DNA from: Selaginella moellendorffii
Taxonomy: Eukaryota; Plantae; Lycopodiophyta
DNA: 64,000 nt
NCBI RefSeq assembly: GCF_000143415.4
Contig: NW_003314268.1
Span: forward strand, 3,232,559 to 3,296,558
Direction of reading: 5' to 3'
A program made the translations under genes and the position numbers. Shown one piece after another: positions 34,769-46,422 of this stretch. A model generated the notes under the pieces. It was given only the letters and a program-made list of their open reading frames with translations. It had not been told where the DNA came from and searched no databases. Numbering within the stretch: the first letter of the stretch is position 1; the number at the start of each line of letters is the position of its first letter.

Positions 34769-36532
34769 ATGGCGTCTTTGGTCGATAAGGCGACGAGCGA
34801 CATGCTCATAGGACCCGATTGGGCCATGAACATGGAGATATGTGATATCCTCAACCACGATCCTGGGTAAGTTTGCTCCAGGAAGTAAAAACCAGCTCGA
34901 GCTCACACGATTCAATTGGAAAAAAACTTTTTCCAGGCAGGCCAAGGACGTTGTCAAGGCGATCAAGAAGCGTTTGGGAAATCGCAGCCCCAAAGTCCAG
35001 CTTCTAGCATTAACAGTGAGTGTTTTCGTTTTTCTCTTCCTTTGCTTAAAGCTATTCTTTGATTTCTTTTTGAACTCTTCTTTTCTCGCAGGTGCTGGAG
35101 ACCATTGTGAAAAACTGTGGCGTGGCAGTCCACCAACAAGTAGCTGAAAAGGATGTTTTGCACGAAATGGTGAAGATCGTCAAGAGAAAGGTGCTCGGCT
35201 ACTTGTCTGGGATTGTAACGTTTTTACTTACGTGTGGAGTATCTCGGACAGACGGATATGCATGTAAGGGACAAAATTCTTGTGTTGTTGAGCTCATGGC
35301 AAGAGGCATTCGGAGGCTCGCGGGGAAGATATCCACAATACTATATGGCTTTTGAAGAGCTGAGGGTAAGTTCTTCCCTTCCTAAAAGCAATATGAACTC
35401 GAAATGTCTTTTTCAGAGGATGGGTGTTGAATTTCCCGATCGTCCTGCCGAACGAGATGCACCAATTTTTACTCCGCCTCAAACGCATCCTGTTCAGCCG
35501 TCACCAGGCTATGGCTCGCCTGCTCATATGCCTGCAAGACTCGAATCACTGATGAACAACGACATGCCTGGTCTCAGGTAAACGCTTGGATATGTTTTGA
35601 GTGTTTCGTAACTTTACCAATTTTTGGCAGCTTGACTGATATTGACACCGCTCGTGGAAGAGTGGAGGTTCTATTGGAGATGCTAAATGCTGTCAACCCT
35701 CGTGACAAGCAGGCAAGCACTGTATAGAATGTAGCTTTTAACATTTATTCTGTTGCAAATTTTTTTAGGCTGTTAAGGATGAGCTCATAGTGGAGCTGGT
35801 GGAGCAGTGCCGCTCGACGCAGCAACGGGTTATGCATCTTGTGAATAATACATCGTAAGAATCTTATCTTCATTTTGAGGAACTTACGTTGATTGCGTAT
35901 TCAGTGACGAAGAATTACTCCGTCAAGGATTGGGACTAAATGACGATTTACAAAAGGTCTTGGAAAAGCACGATGCTATTGCAGCAGGGAAGGCCTTACC
36001 CAAGGAGCCACTTCCGTCTTCGGTGGTGGGGGCGTCTCAAAACAAAACTCCAGTTAAACAAGAACCTGAAGATGATTTTGCTCAGTTATCTCGCAGGTAA
36101 GTCATAAAGTTCGTGTGAAGATCTTCAATCTCCTTGCTTGTCCAGATCATCCAAGCCTGCTCAACCGACCGAACCAAGTGATCCTTTCGTGCAACTCGCG
36201 CTGCCCGCTCCGCCAACACCGAAGAAAGAGCCAAGTACCCCGCAAAAGGCAGCAGACCTTATAGACCTTCTCAGTGGAGAAAACCTGGTGGGGAGTTCTT
36301 CGGCAGCTCCTGCTACTCCCGCTGCGCCTCCGTCCGTTTTACAATCAGGCTCTCCCGTATCGCAACCCGATCTTTCGGCCGGAAATCCGTTTGGTCCGGC
36401 ATTTCACGCGACACAGCAGCCGCAGACTCAACCGTCCTTTTCTCAAGCGCAACAGATTCCAAACGGGACATCTTTCGCCAGTCAGCCGCCGAGCTCGGGG
36501 TCATACTCGAGTCCTCCTCAATACAGCTCTAT

Positions 36533-36564
<32 letters not shown>

Positions 36565-37310
36565 TTGCCAATGGTGGTGGAAGTTCTTCGCAGGGATTTG
36601 CATTTCCCCAGTATCAACAGGCTGGGGGAGGAGCACCAGCTTACAACAACAATCCGAGCAGTCCCTACGGCACGACCAACAGTGGCTACAACGCGACGAG
36701 CAGTCCTTACAACTCGACCAACCCCAACAGTGGCTACACCGCGACGAGCGGTGCTTACAACCCGGGCAGCAACGACGCGAGCAGTCCCCAGAGTTACGTT
36801 GCCCCCTGGGCTCTCCCAAAGGAACAGCTGAGCCCCCAGCAGCAAGCTCTCATCTATGGTGGCGTCCAAGGCTCGCAAGCGCCGTCGCAGCCAACTCCAG
36901 CTCCCTGGGTGTCCCAGCAGCAAATGCAATTGTATAACTCCGGTGGCTCCGGTGGTGGTGGTGGCTACTATGGTGGATCCTCGGGTTACAGTCCTTACAC
37001 TCAGCAGTATCCTTACGCGGACCAGTATAACTATCAGTATGGAGCGAGTTCATACTACCAAAACGGCATGGCCTACTCGCAGCAGCAGCAGCCAGGTATG
37101 AATTTCAATCACCTAGCTCTCGTTCCGGCGGGCTCGTCGAGCTCGACTGGGAGTCCATCGCCAGGAACAACAGGGAGTGGAACTTCCAAGCCATCCAATC
37201 CGGCGGACAAGCTGTTTGAGGACCTGGTCGATTTGCAAGGCCTGAGCTCCAAGTTTAAGTCGGCGGGGATCTCGAGCAGCCTCTCGAGGCCGAGCAAAAC
37301 TACGCTATAG
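34769..37310 (+). CDS. TOL: TOM1-like VHS-GAT protein, multi-exon
   Basis: [60 protein letters not shown]-terminal DKLFEDLVD. Confidence 0.93.
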
Positions 37311-37703
37311 AAACAGATTCTTTCCTTCTTTTCGCTGGGCAGGGATCGGACGGCGGGGAACTGATCGAGGATAGATAGCTTTTGTTTGATGGTTGATTCA
37401 CATTTATATTTGTACATATATATATTTTGGGAGAAATAATGAATAATCCAACGGCTATGATTGAACGAATATTCTCTTAGGTATGGGAATATGCTTTGTC
37501 TGGGTGAATGATCCGACGGCCAAGATTAAACGTGAAGGAATATACTTATCGTTGGACATGAAGGGTGGCGAGGGATTTTGTTTGAAATACCATTGTTCTT
37601 CTTTGCTTCTCTTCTTTGTAGCGCATTGCTCTCTAGGGTTTGGTGGACGCTCCAGAGGGGGCGATCGATCCCTGGCGGCTTGGATCGATTCTTTCCGAGC
37701 GCC

Positions 37704-39705
37704 ATGGATCAGCAGCGGCGGGGCGAGGAGAAGAGGGCCAGGGAGAAGCGGGCGCCCTCCATTGCGGATTTCCTCATCCAGTTCCGGTGGATCGTCGTGA
37801 TTCCGGTCATCCTGCCGCTCTCCTTCCTCTTCTACCAGCTTGTGCGGTGGCTGCCCGCGATCTGGACGCTGCTCCATGGGCTGCCGTCGGAGGAATCGCA
37901 CCGAGCGGCCGTGGAGCGCGTCCGGCGGCGCGTCAAGCAGCGCGACCCCCAGCGCGACGGGCTCGTGTGCACGGCGCGGCGGCCGTGGCTGGGAGTGGCG
38001 CTGCGCAACGCCGAGCACAAGCGCGGCGCGCGCTACGAGGTGGATCTGGGCGAGCTGCGCAACGTGGTGTGGATCGATCGCCGCCGCCTGCTCATCAAGT
38101 GCGAGCCCATGGTGACAATGTCGCAGCTCAGCGCTGCCACGCTCCCGTTTGGCGTGGCGCCGGAGGTTCTCCCCGAGCTGGACGACCTCACCATTGGCGG
38201 CGTCATCAACGGGTATGGGATCGAGGGCAGCAGCCACATCTATGGATTGTTTGCCGAGACTTGCAGCGCTTTCGAGCTGGTCCTGGCAGACGGGAGAGTG
38301 GTGCGCGCCACCGCTGACAACGAGTTCTCGGATCTCTACAAAGCGGTGCCATGGTCGCATGGATCCATTGGGCTGCTGGTTGGAGTGGAGATCCGGCTCA
38401 TTCCCGTCAAGGAGTTCATGAAGGTGACTTACAGCCCGGTTGTCGGTAGCCTCGCCAAGATCGCGGAGGTGTACGAGGATTTGTTCTGTCCACGGGATCT
38501 CGATCAAGACAATCCCGAGAAGGTACATTCTTTTTCTTTCTTTCTTCCTCTTTTCGAGTAAAAAAGGCGATGGTCCAGGTTCCCGATTTTGTGGAAGGGA
38601 TCGTATACTCGGGATCCACAGCAGTGATTACAACTGGGCGATATGCCACCAGGGAAGAAGCGGCGAGGAAGGGGAATGTGATCAACGATTTCGGGTGGTG
38701 GTGGAAGCCGTGGTTCCATATCCACGCGCAGAGCGCTCTGGAGCGGGGTACGTTTGTGGAGTATGTGCCTGTGCGCTCGTACTACCACCGGCACACTCGC
38801 TCCTTGTATTGGGAGGGTGGTCTCATTGTTCCCATGGGGAATCACCCGCTCTTCAGGCTCTTACTCGGCTGGCTCATGCCTCCAAAGGTACTGGACGAGT
38901 TTTTCTTTCCTCCTATCGTTTCTCTTCGTCAGCGTTATCAGCTCCTTTTTCTCTCTGTTGTTTACTGCTTCACAGGTGAGCCTGCTAAAGCTGACGCAAA
39001 CGGACGGGATTCGAAAATATTACATCCAGCGTCATGCCTGCCAGGACATGCTAGTACCGAATCACAAGCTCGCTGCCTGCCTGGAGTTTTGTCACGAGAA
39101 CTTTGAGGTGCGTGTCAGATTGGATTCTTTTCTCGAGCTTGAGTTTGTTGGCTGGTCATGTCCATTTAGTCTAGTCTCTTTCTTCTCACCGGTCTGGTTT
39201 CTTGGCTGGCTTTGGCTGCAGACTTATCCGCTATGGCTTTGTCCCCACCGGCTGTTTAAGACGGAGATGGGCACCATGCTCGATTGCGAGCCTGGATTCA
39301 GCAGCAACAAACAACCAGGGGATACGGACTACGCGCAGATGTGGACGGATGTTGGCATCTGGGGCGTGCCCGGGCCCGTGCTGAGGTGCGAGGTGTGGGA
39401 TGGCGTCCAGGCCACCAAGAACATGGAGAAGTGGCTACGAGACAGCCGGTCGTATCAGTGCCTCTATGCGGAGGTTGAGCAGTCGGAGGGGGAGTTTTGG
39501 CAGATGTTTGATCCGTCGCTGTACAACGCGGTCCGCAACAAGTTCGTTCTCTTCCATAGATCTTCGTTCTTGTCTTCTCATACGGACTAAAATCGTTTCT
39601 TTCTCTTCTGTTCCTTGCAGATATGGAGCGGAGTCGGCTTTCATGTCGGTTTACTACAAAATCTCCAACTGCAAGAAGGGAAGTAAGCATGGCAAGAAGG
39701 ATTGA
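37704..39705 (+). CDS. DWF1: Delta(24)-sterol reductase (DIMINUTO/DWARF1-like), multi-exon
   Basis: GLVCTARRPW, ELDDLTIGGVINGYGIEGSSHIYGLF, YYHRHTRSLYWEG, GWLMPPKVSLLK, YPLWLCPH, FMSVYYK. Confidence 0.93.
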
Positions 39706-40083
39706 TATCATCGATCGTATGGTTTTCTTTTCTTTCATTTTTTTTTTCTTGTTGTATCCTGGCTAACGAGTTTTGGTTGTATTCTATAAGTTGTAAGTAT
39801 CGCGGTTGCTAACAGTAAATAAAGCTCTCGCTTTATATTTGAAATATCACTCCTTTTGTCTGGTCTTTTTTTTTCTCTCTCTTTTCTCTTGACGCGATAC
39901 AAGATATATATATATATATATCTTCCTCTTTCTTCTGGATGTTTCCAGGCGAAGGCGACTATATACTAGTTTACAACAACGCGAAGGGATAATGGACAAC
40001 AAACAAGCTTTTGGGCCGCTTTCGGGAAAGGTACCTCTAGGATAGTGCTGTTTTCCTTCCTCTCTCCTGTGTTGATAACTTAG

Positions 40084-42629
40084 TTAATCGGTCCCCGGAT
40101 TCTTATCGAGTTTCACGTAAGAGAGTGGGGACCCCTGCGAAGAAAAAATGGATGAGAAAGAGCCAAAAGGGAGAATCCAGCACACTTAACTGTGGATCGC
40201 TGTGGACTAGTTTCATCACTTCTGAGCTCCTGTTGCTGCTGCTGCTGCTGGTTGTGTCGATTCCTAGAGGCGGGTGATCTTGGCAGTGGTGTCATTCTCC
40301 CGGGGGAGCCATGCGGCGGTAAGTTTGCAAAGGAGGAGGCTGGCGATGAGGCCTCGCGTGGCGTGCATGGGGAAGCGAGCTTGGTGGGCGTAGGCCCCGG
40401 AGCGTACAGGTGTGGACTCTGGGGAGAGTCGGGGGCTGGAGTGTGCTGGAGAGATGGGACTGGGGACGTGAAGCTCGGCGTTGGCTGGAGCGATGATAAA
40501 GGCGAGGCTGCTGCTGTTGGAAAGGCTGAGGAGAGTGCCGATGGGGATGGGGACTTGTCCTCGGGTGGTAGCATGTTAACTTTGATCCTGACCACCATTG
40601 CACAGACAAACCACGGGAAAACGATTAAGAAATTCGACTAGAGGAGGAGACTAGCTAATGGAGGAGAGCTTTACTTGTTGTGGATGTCAACGTATTCGTC
40701 TGTTTCGTCCCATATCTCTTCCTGGAACAAAATGACAGCACGCATTAGCTACAGCTCAACTTTGACGAATGCTCTCCCCTCTTCTTCTTTTCTTTTAATC
40801 ATCTTTGCAGCACTCAAAAGTGTTACCTGTAAGAGCTCTTCAATGACGTCCTCCATTGTGATGATCCCCACGGCCTCGTCGTCGGCAGAGAGCTTTGACA
40901 GCGCGGGACCAACGTCCAGTATGTCGTCCGTTCGGGCTCTCTGCCAGTTTTGTCTTCGCTGGTCGACCGACTCGCCTTTGGTGAGCTTCCTTACAAGCAC
41001 TGGCTCGCTTCCGGGATCGCCGTCTATGTCCACCGCAACGTTGAACTTTTGCGAGGCCTGCGTTGTTAGTAAGCCTGCAAGGAAACTATGAAAAATTACG
41101 TTGGTTTCAAAGGCAACCAGCATCGTTACCATTGGCATTCTTCACAAGCCTCTTCGAGCTTAGCCTACGGTCTAACCCCTTCTTGAAACTTTCGGCGCCA
41201 TCTTTAACGACCACGGCCATATGACTGTGTCCCTTTTGAAACTCATTCAGTATATCATACAGTGGCAAGGACTCTGGCACCCTACGACATTATCCATGTT
41301 AGAAAAACGGGACCTGGATAGTGAAGAAATTACCGAGGAATCTTGCGTATCGTCACGTTTCGAACTGGCGTCTCATCTTCAGGTCGTATACTCAACAAAT
41401 TTTTTACCTGAAACACATGCTGTTACATCAGAAAACGACACTTGGACAAAGAGCTTGCACATACCAGGACCAAGCCGATTACATTTGTTGGTTTACCAGA
41501 ATACACAGGTACACGACTGTGGCCTTTTGTCAAAATCGCAGTCATGGTTTCCCTGGCAAAGTTTTCAAACAAGAGCCATCAGCAACTACAAGACGTTCGA
41601 CATGTAAGATGCATACTGGTTAAGCTTTGCGTTCACATCAATTGAAAATGTAGAGGAGAGAGGTGTCATCGCAACCTTTGCAGTTTTCTCGGTCAGCTCC
41701 AGAGCGCCAGTGATTATAGTCGTCTCATCGTGAGTTAATTCGCCTCCTTTTCCGGCCTATACACCAAAAATTTCAACTTAAGAGTATCATGTATCACAAA
41801 ATCTCACCTCCTTGTCATGGAAGCCAACAAGTGTTTTCAGTTCAGCCCTCCGGAACAGTGCCGAATGGTTCTTGCCAAGTGTGGCATCGAGAAGCTGCAG
41901 TGCTTTCAGACTGAATTCACTAGAAAACAAACGGACACCAAGGAAAACAAGAAAGAGCCACGTACCTTACTAATGGGATACGCAACCGGAAAACACAAGA
42001 CCAAGAGCAAACGAACGAAAGGAGCCATGGTCGCTCCAACAGCTAATCCATACCTTGAGCACACTGCCTGAGGAAAAATCTGTATGTGGCACACATGACA
42101 CAATCAAAACCTCGCTACAGCAACTAGATGGATGGTACCTCTCCAAATAAAAGAATCAGTGTCACAGATATCAAAATGGCAGCCCAAGCCGGAACCAACG
42201 AGTCTAGAAAGATTGGAAGAGCCTAAAAGGCGACGCCAAACCAAGTTGAAAAAGAAGTACAAATTGTGTAAGAAACGATGAATGGGGGAAAGGGAAAAAA
42301 CTGACCTCCATCGCAAGAGCATTACAAATCAAAAGAGTACAAAGAAGAAGGTGTTGCCGTCTAACGACAGGATAGATCTTCCCTGTAAAGAGGAGCGGAG
42401 TAAGCAAGGGAGAGAAGAAATCCCATAGACAAGAAAGAATAGATGCTGTACCTGCGTGCTTTTGATCCTTCTCCTTGCCCGACTTGATCAACACCTCCAA
42501 ATCCACAAGCTCCAGAGACATGAGACCCAGAGTGAGGCCGGACATCAAACCGGCAAACGCGACAATAGCAACGATGATGGCGATGTATCCCCAGAAAGTA
42601 GGACCGCAGCAATGCTCGTGTGTCGCCAT
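40084..42629 (-). CDS. DUF21 + CBS domain (CNNM-like) membrane protein, multi-exon
   Basis: [82 protein letters not shown]. Confidence 0.92.
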
Positions 42630-43204
42630 ACCTCTCGATGCCTTGTTCTTTGCTTCCTCTTTGTTACTGTCAGAAATTCGTCATGGTGCGACGCAATGCG
42701 ACCGATCCGAGCTGCAAGATACACAGGGCCAGCGACTGAGCCCGCGAGCTGATGCAAGATTTCGAGAGATTTTACCCCGAGAGCGAGAAATCCCCTGCTC
42801 CTACCCGCGATCACAATGACGAGCTCCAGGCGCTGCGCAGCGCGGCAAGATCTGAGAGGCGAGATAGCAGAGGCGATGCGCGATGGACCGATCGGACAAA
42901 GTGTCCTCTCTTTTATTCCTGCTGCTGCGTCCTGGCCAGGAAACCTAGCTACTTAGAAATGGCAAAAAATTGCAATGCGTTAGTGAGGGGCCGTCACTGC
43001 TAGTTTGACGGGTGCCTGTCTCTCGAGCGTAACGCCACGTAATGCCGAGAATATATATTTTTAAGAAAGTAAAGTAAAAATTAAAAAAAAAAAGAAGAGA
43101 GGGAGAAAACTCGAACCTCCGACTTTTTTCGCCATAAAACAATTAAAAGTAATTTAGGCTTAATTGAAACTAAAATTCATCCTTTTTTCCAACATCAGGA
43201 GCAA

Positions 43205-43740
43205 GAAATCTACATTTTCCAGTACAATTCTGGTTCGGGAAGCTGGGTGGCGGGAGAATCCCCGACTAGTGGATCCAGTGGATGGACTTTGTGGATGGAA
43301 TTTTGGCTACCACCACTACGAGATCGATACCATGACATGGTGTCGTTCCAGTGCGTGAAAATCCATTTTGGGGATGGGAGCGGATGACGCAGAGCTAGAG
43401 AATTGTAGATATCCGGGGTTTTGTGTACAGAAGACGGCGGATTTTATTGGTTGACAGGGAAGGAAAGAAGAATTGCTTCAAGTGTCTTGGAGAGGGATGA
43501 GGAGCGTTTTGCACTTGACCATGGTTGCATCCCAAAAATACTTGGTGGCAGATGGCCACTTGGCGATATCGGCGCTCGCAGTGAAAGCTGGATGGCTTAT
43601 TTTTGTTGTCTCCATGAGCTCTCGTACTTTGCAAGCAAATGCTTTCCGGACATTCACTCGTATATGCTTCACGGCACGGCCATGGATCTCAAACCTGGAA
43701 TGTGAACCCCAGGTGGAATTAAGCGTGAGCAAAGAAATAT
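43205..43740 (+). pseudogene. F-box gene 3' fragment (eroded duplicate of ~45595-46232)
   Basis: Colinear similarity with many internal deletions and stops. Confidence 0.85.
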
Positions 43741-43797
43741 GTTGGGAAATGAAATCAGTTGAATATTATAGTTGTTACACGTAATATGTTTTAACTA

Positions 43798-44428
43798 CAA
43801 TCCATACATTGATCCTACTGCTCGATATTAGCAGCTGACTAGCCGCAGCCAAGCTGGTAATGGAGGCTGCCATTACCCCCGTCAATCGAGACTCTAATCG
43901 CCAAACCTTTTCTTATGTACAGTACCTGAGTGATGTGTAGTCCACAAACCGTTTAGGACGAGTGCTGGAAAGGTGGAGCGCAAATGCAGTAGCTAGTCTC
44001 CGGCCTGCAAATCCAATCCACACAATTGTCATAGTTTGTAGAGAAAGAGCCAAAACCAAATTGAAGAGAAACCACTCGAACCTCCAGTGATCCCACAAAC
44101 GAATTCTACAGTCGGTCCCTCCAGTGGATCCTGCCGTCGACGGTAGCAAAGCTCGACCGCCTGGAATCCTCCGAGGAGGATCGCTCAGCTCCTCAACTTT
44201 GTAGTTGGTGTGGCTGCTTTGAGCTTGTTCTTCAACCCCACGGTTGGAGATTTTCAACGAAGCTTGTCCCGTTGGGCTGCACGCCTGATTTGCCAAAGTA
44301 CGTACCTCCCATTTTCCACGTTCCTCGTTCCGGCCAGCAGCAACGTAAACAAATGGTGAGAAGCCAAGCAGCCTCTTTGACGAGTAAACCTGGACTTGGA
44401 ACCTCAAGTCCCAGAGCGTTCGAAACAC
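43798..44428 (-). pseudogene. VPS15 3' fragment (eroded duplicate of ~46428-47288)
   Basis: [39 protein letters not shown] shared with the intact copy; multiple deletions. Confidence 0.88.
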
Positions 44429-44699
44429 CTCTCCTTTGCTTCCTCTTCAGAATGCGACCGATTAGAGCTTATGCACAGCCACCGATTGAGCCCGCGAGCT
44501 GAAGCAAATTTACGAAAGATTTCAACCCGAGAGCGAGAAATCCCCTGGGATCACAATCACGAGCTCCAAGATCTGAGAGGCGAGAGAGCGTGGATTGATC
44601 GGACGTCCTCCCTGGCCAAGGAATATAAATAACTGAAAATAATTTATTTTTAAATTAATATTATATTTTCAGCTTAATTAACCCGGGATATTTCTTTTA

Positions 44700-44885
44700 T
44701 CGACCCTATAGCGGTTATCGACTGGGCATTGCTCGTGGGGATCCTCCTGCGACTGGATTTCCACAGCGTCGCCCGGATGCGAGTGGCCTGCCGCTCCTGG
44801 CACTGCATCCTTACCTCTCGCTCGTTTCTGGAGTGCCACAGCAAGCAGCAGCATCCTGGCACTGCATGGGTGGTCCGGACATGGC
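44700..44885 (+). pseudogene. F-box gene 5' fragment
   Basis: ILLRLDFHSVARMRVACRSWHCILTSRSFL duplicates the F-box of 45053-46192 and then breaks off. Confidence 0.85.
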
Positions 44886-45052
44886 TGCCACCCTGGAGCT
44901 TTTGGAAACTGCTAGATCTTAATAACTTTTACATTCATTTAAAAGTTATTAAGATCAAGCAGTTTTCCAAAGCAACATTTAATAGTTTTCAAGCTACATT
45001 AAAAGAAAAAGGAATGGAATGACCCTACCCCGGTTATAGGGCACAGGTTAGT

Positions 45053-46192
45053 ATGGCGATGGGCTCCGCCTTCGACCGGCTGGGGGAGGATGAACTGCTG
45101 GTAAGCATCCTCCTGCGACTGGATGTCCACAATGTGGCCCGGATGCGTCTGGTTTGCCGCTCCTGGTACTGCATTCTTACCTCCCGCTCGTTTTTAGACT
45201 GCCACAGCGAGCAGCAGCATCGTCCTGGCACTGCATGGGTGGTTCGGATGACTCGCTCCTCTGGCCGCCAATCTGCACTTCTGTGGCGTCCATTTTCTGG
45301 CCTGCCACCCGAGCCCACTGCCCTCCCCCTCGCCCCGCCTGGCGTCCCCTCGCCAATGTTTGTCAGCCATTTCACGGTGAGTGGGCTCGTCTGTGGCACG
45401 CTTGCTGGGTGGCCGAAAGAGAACACTCCCCGCTCACGCTCTTTGGCCGTGGGCAATCCACTCACAAACGCTTGGAAGGTGTTCCAGTGTGTCGAGGAGG
45501 TGGAGGAGGTTGAGACGATGGATGTGGATCCTGAGACTGGGATCTACCGGATTGCAGTGTTCAACGTCCAGGAGGGAGACACTGAGGAGACTGCCTACAT
45601 TTTACAGTACAGTTCCGGTTCAGAAAGCTGGGTGGCCGGGGAATCCCCGAGCAATGTATGGAATTTTGGCTACAACCACTATGACCTCGACGCCATGGCA
45701 TGGAGTCGTCCGTTGGTGCGTACGAATCCATTAGGCGACTGGGATGGGAGGATTCTGGAGCTTGAGGATGGCTGCTTCAGCTGGCCTATCCGGGGTTTTA
45801 TGTACAAAGGCCGGAGGATTTTAGTGGTTCACAGGGAGGGAAGTAAGGGTGGTTTCCGGAGAGTTGCTTTGAGCGTGTTGGAGAAAGGCGAGGAACCTGA
45901 TAAGTGGCTGGCACTCTACCATGGTTGCATCCGAGAAATACTTGGAGAAACCATTGGCGACAAGTGGCCACTTGGTGATGTCGACTGTCCCAATGAAAAC
46001 TGGATGGCTCATTTAGCAGGTGATGTGATTGTGGTCTCCAGCCGCATGTATCCTCTGTTAGCGTTTCATCTGGTGGAGAAGAAGTGGGAGTGTTCTAGCC
46101 ACTCGGACGAGGAGCTCTCATACTTGGCAAAAAAACGCTTTCCAGACGTTCGGGCCTATACATTTACTCCCAGCTTCACAGCACGGCCATGA
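45053..46192 (+). CDS. F-box protein, intronless, 379 aa
   Basis: N-terminal F-box LGEDELLVSILLRLDVHNVARMRLVCRSW; GNPLTNAWK; C-terminal FTPSF. Confidence 0.9.
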   Translation: MAMGSAFDRLGEDELLVSILLRLDVHNVARMRLVCRSWYCILTSRSFLDCHSEQQHRPGTAWVVRMTRSSGRQSALLWRPFSGLPPEPTALPLAPPGVPSPMFVSHFTVSGLVCGTLAGWPKENTPRSRSLAVGNPLTNAWKVFQCVEEVEEVETMDVDPETGIYRIAVFNVQEGDTEETAYILQYSSGSESWVAGESPSNVWNFGYNHYDLDAMAWSRPLVRTNPLGDWDGRILELEDGCFSWPIRGFMYKGRRILVVHREGSKGGFRRVALSVLEKGEEPDKWLALYHGCIREILGETIGDKWPLGDVDCPNENWMAHLAGDVIVVSSRMYPLLAFHLVEKKWECSSHSDEELSYLAKKRFPDVRAYTFTPSFTARP

Positions 46193-46422
46193 ATCCCGAA
46201 ACTGGAATGTGAATATTACGTGTGAGCAAAGAAGCAAGGTTAAAAGAACAAATTATATTTCAGGTCAGATTTATGTTGCCTTTCGCTAAGTAGTTCGTAT
46301 TTATGTTGCCCTTAGCTAAGTTGGAACTGGAATAAGTTCCAAGTTGTGTGTTAGATTTTAGATTTCCATTCACGCTATGGCAGTGGAACCGTTTGTACGG
46401 TGGAATTGAAAACTAATAAGCT

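Noticed and set aside
37455-38528. 357-aa minus-strand ORF, and similar overlapping ORFs over the P450 and the 21.7-23.4 kb exon
   Set aside because: Antisense or alternative-frame shadows of GC-rich coding exons
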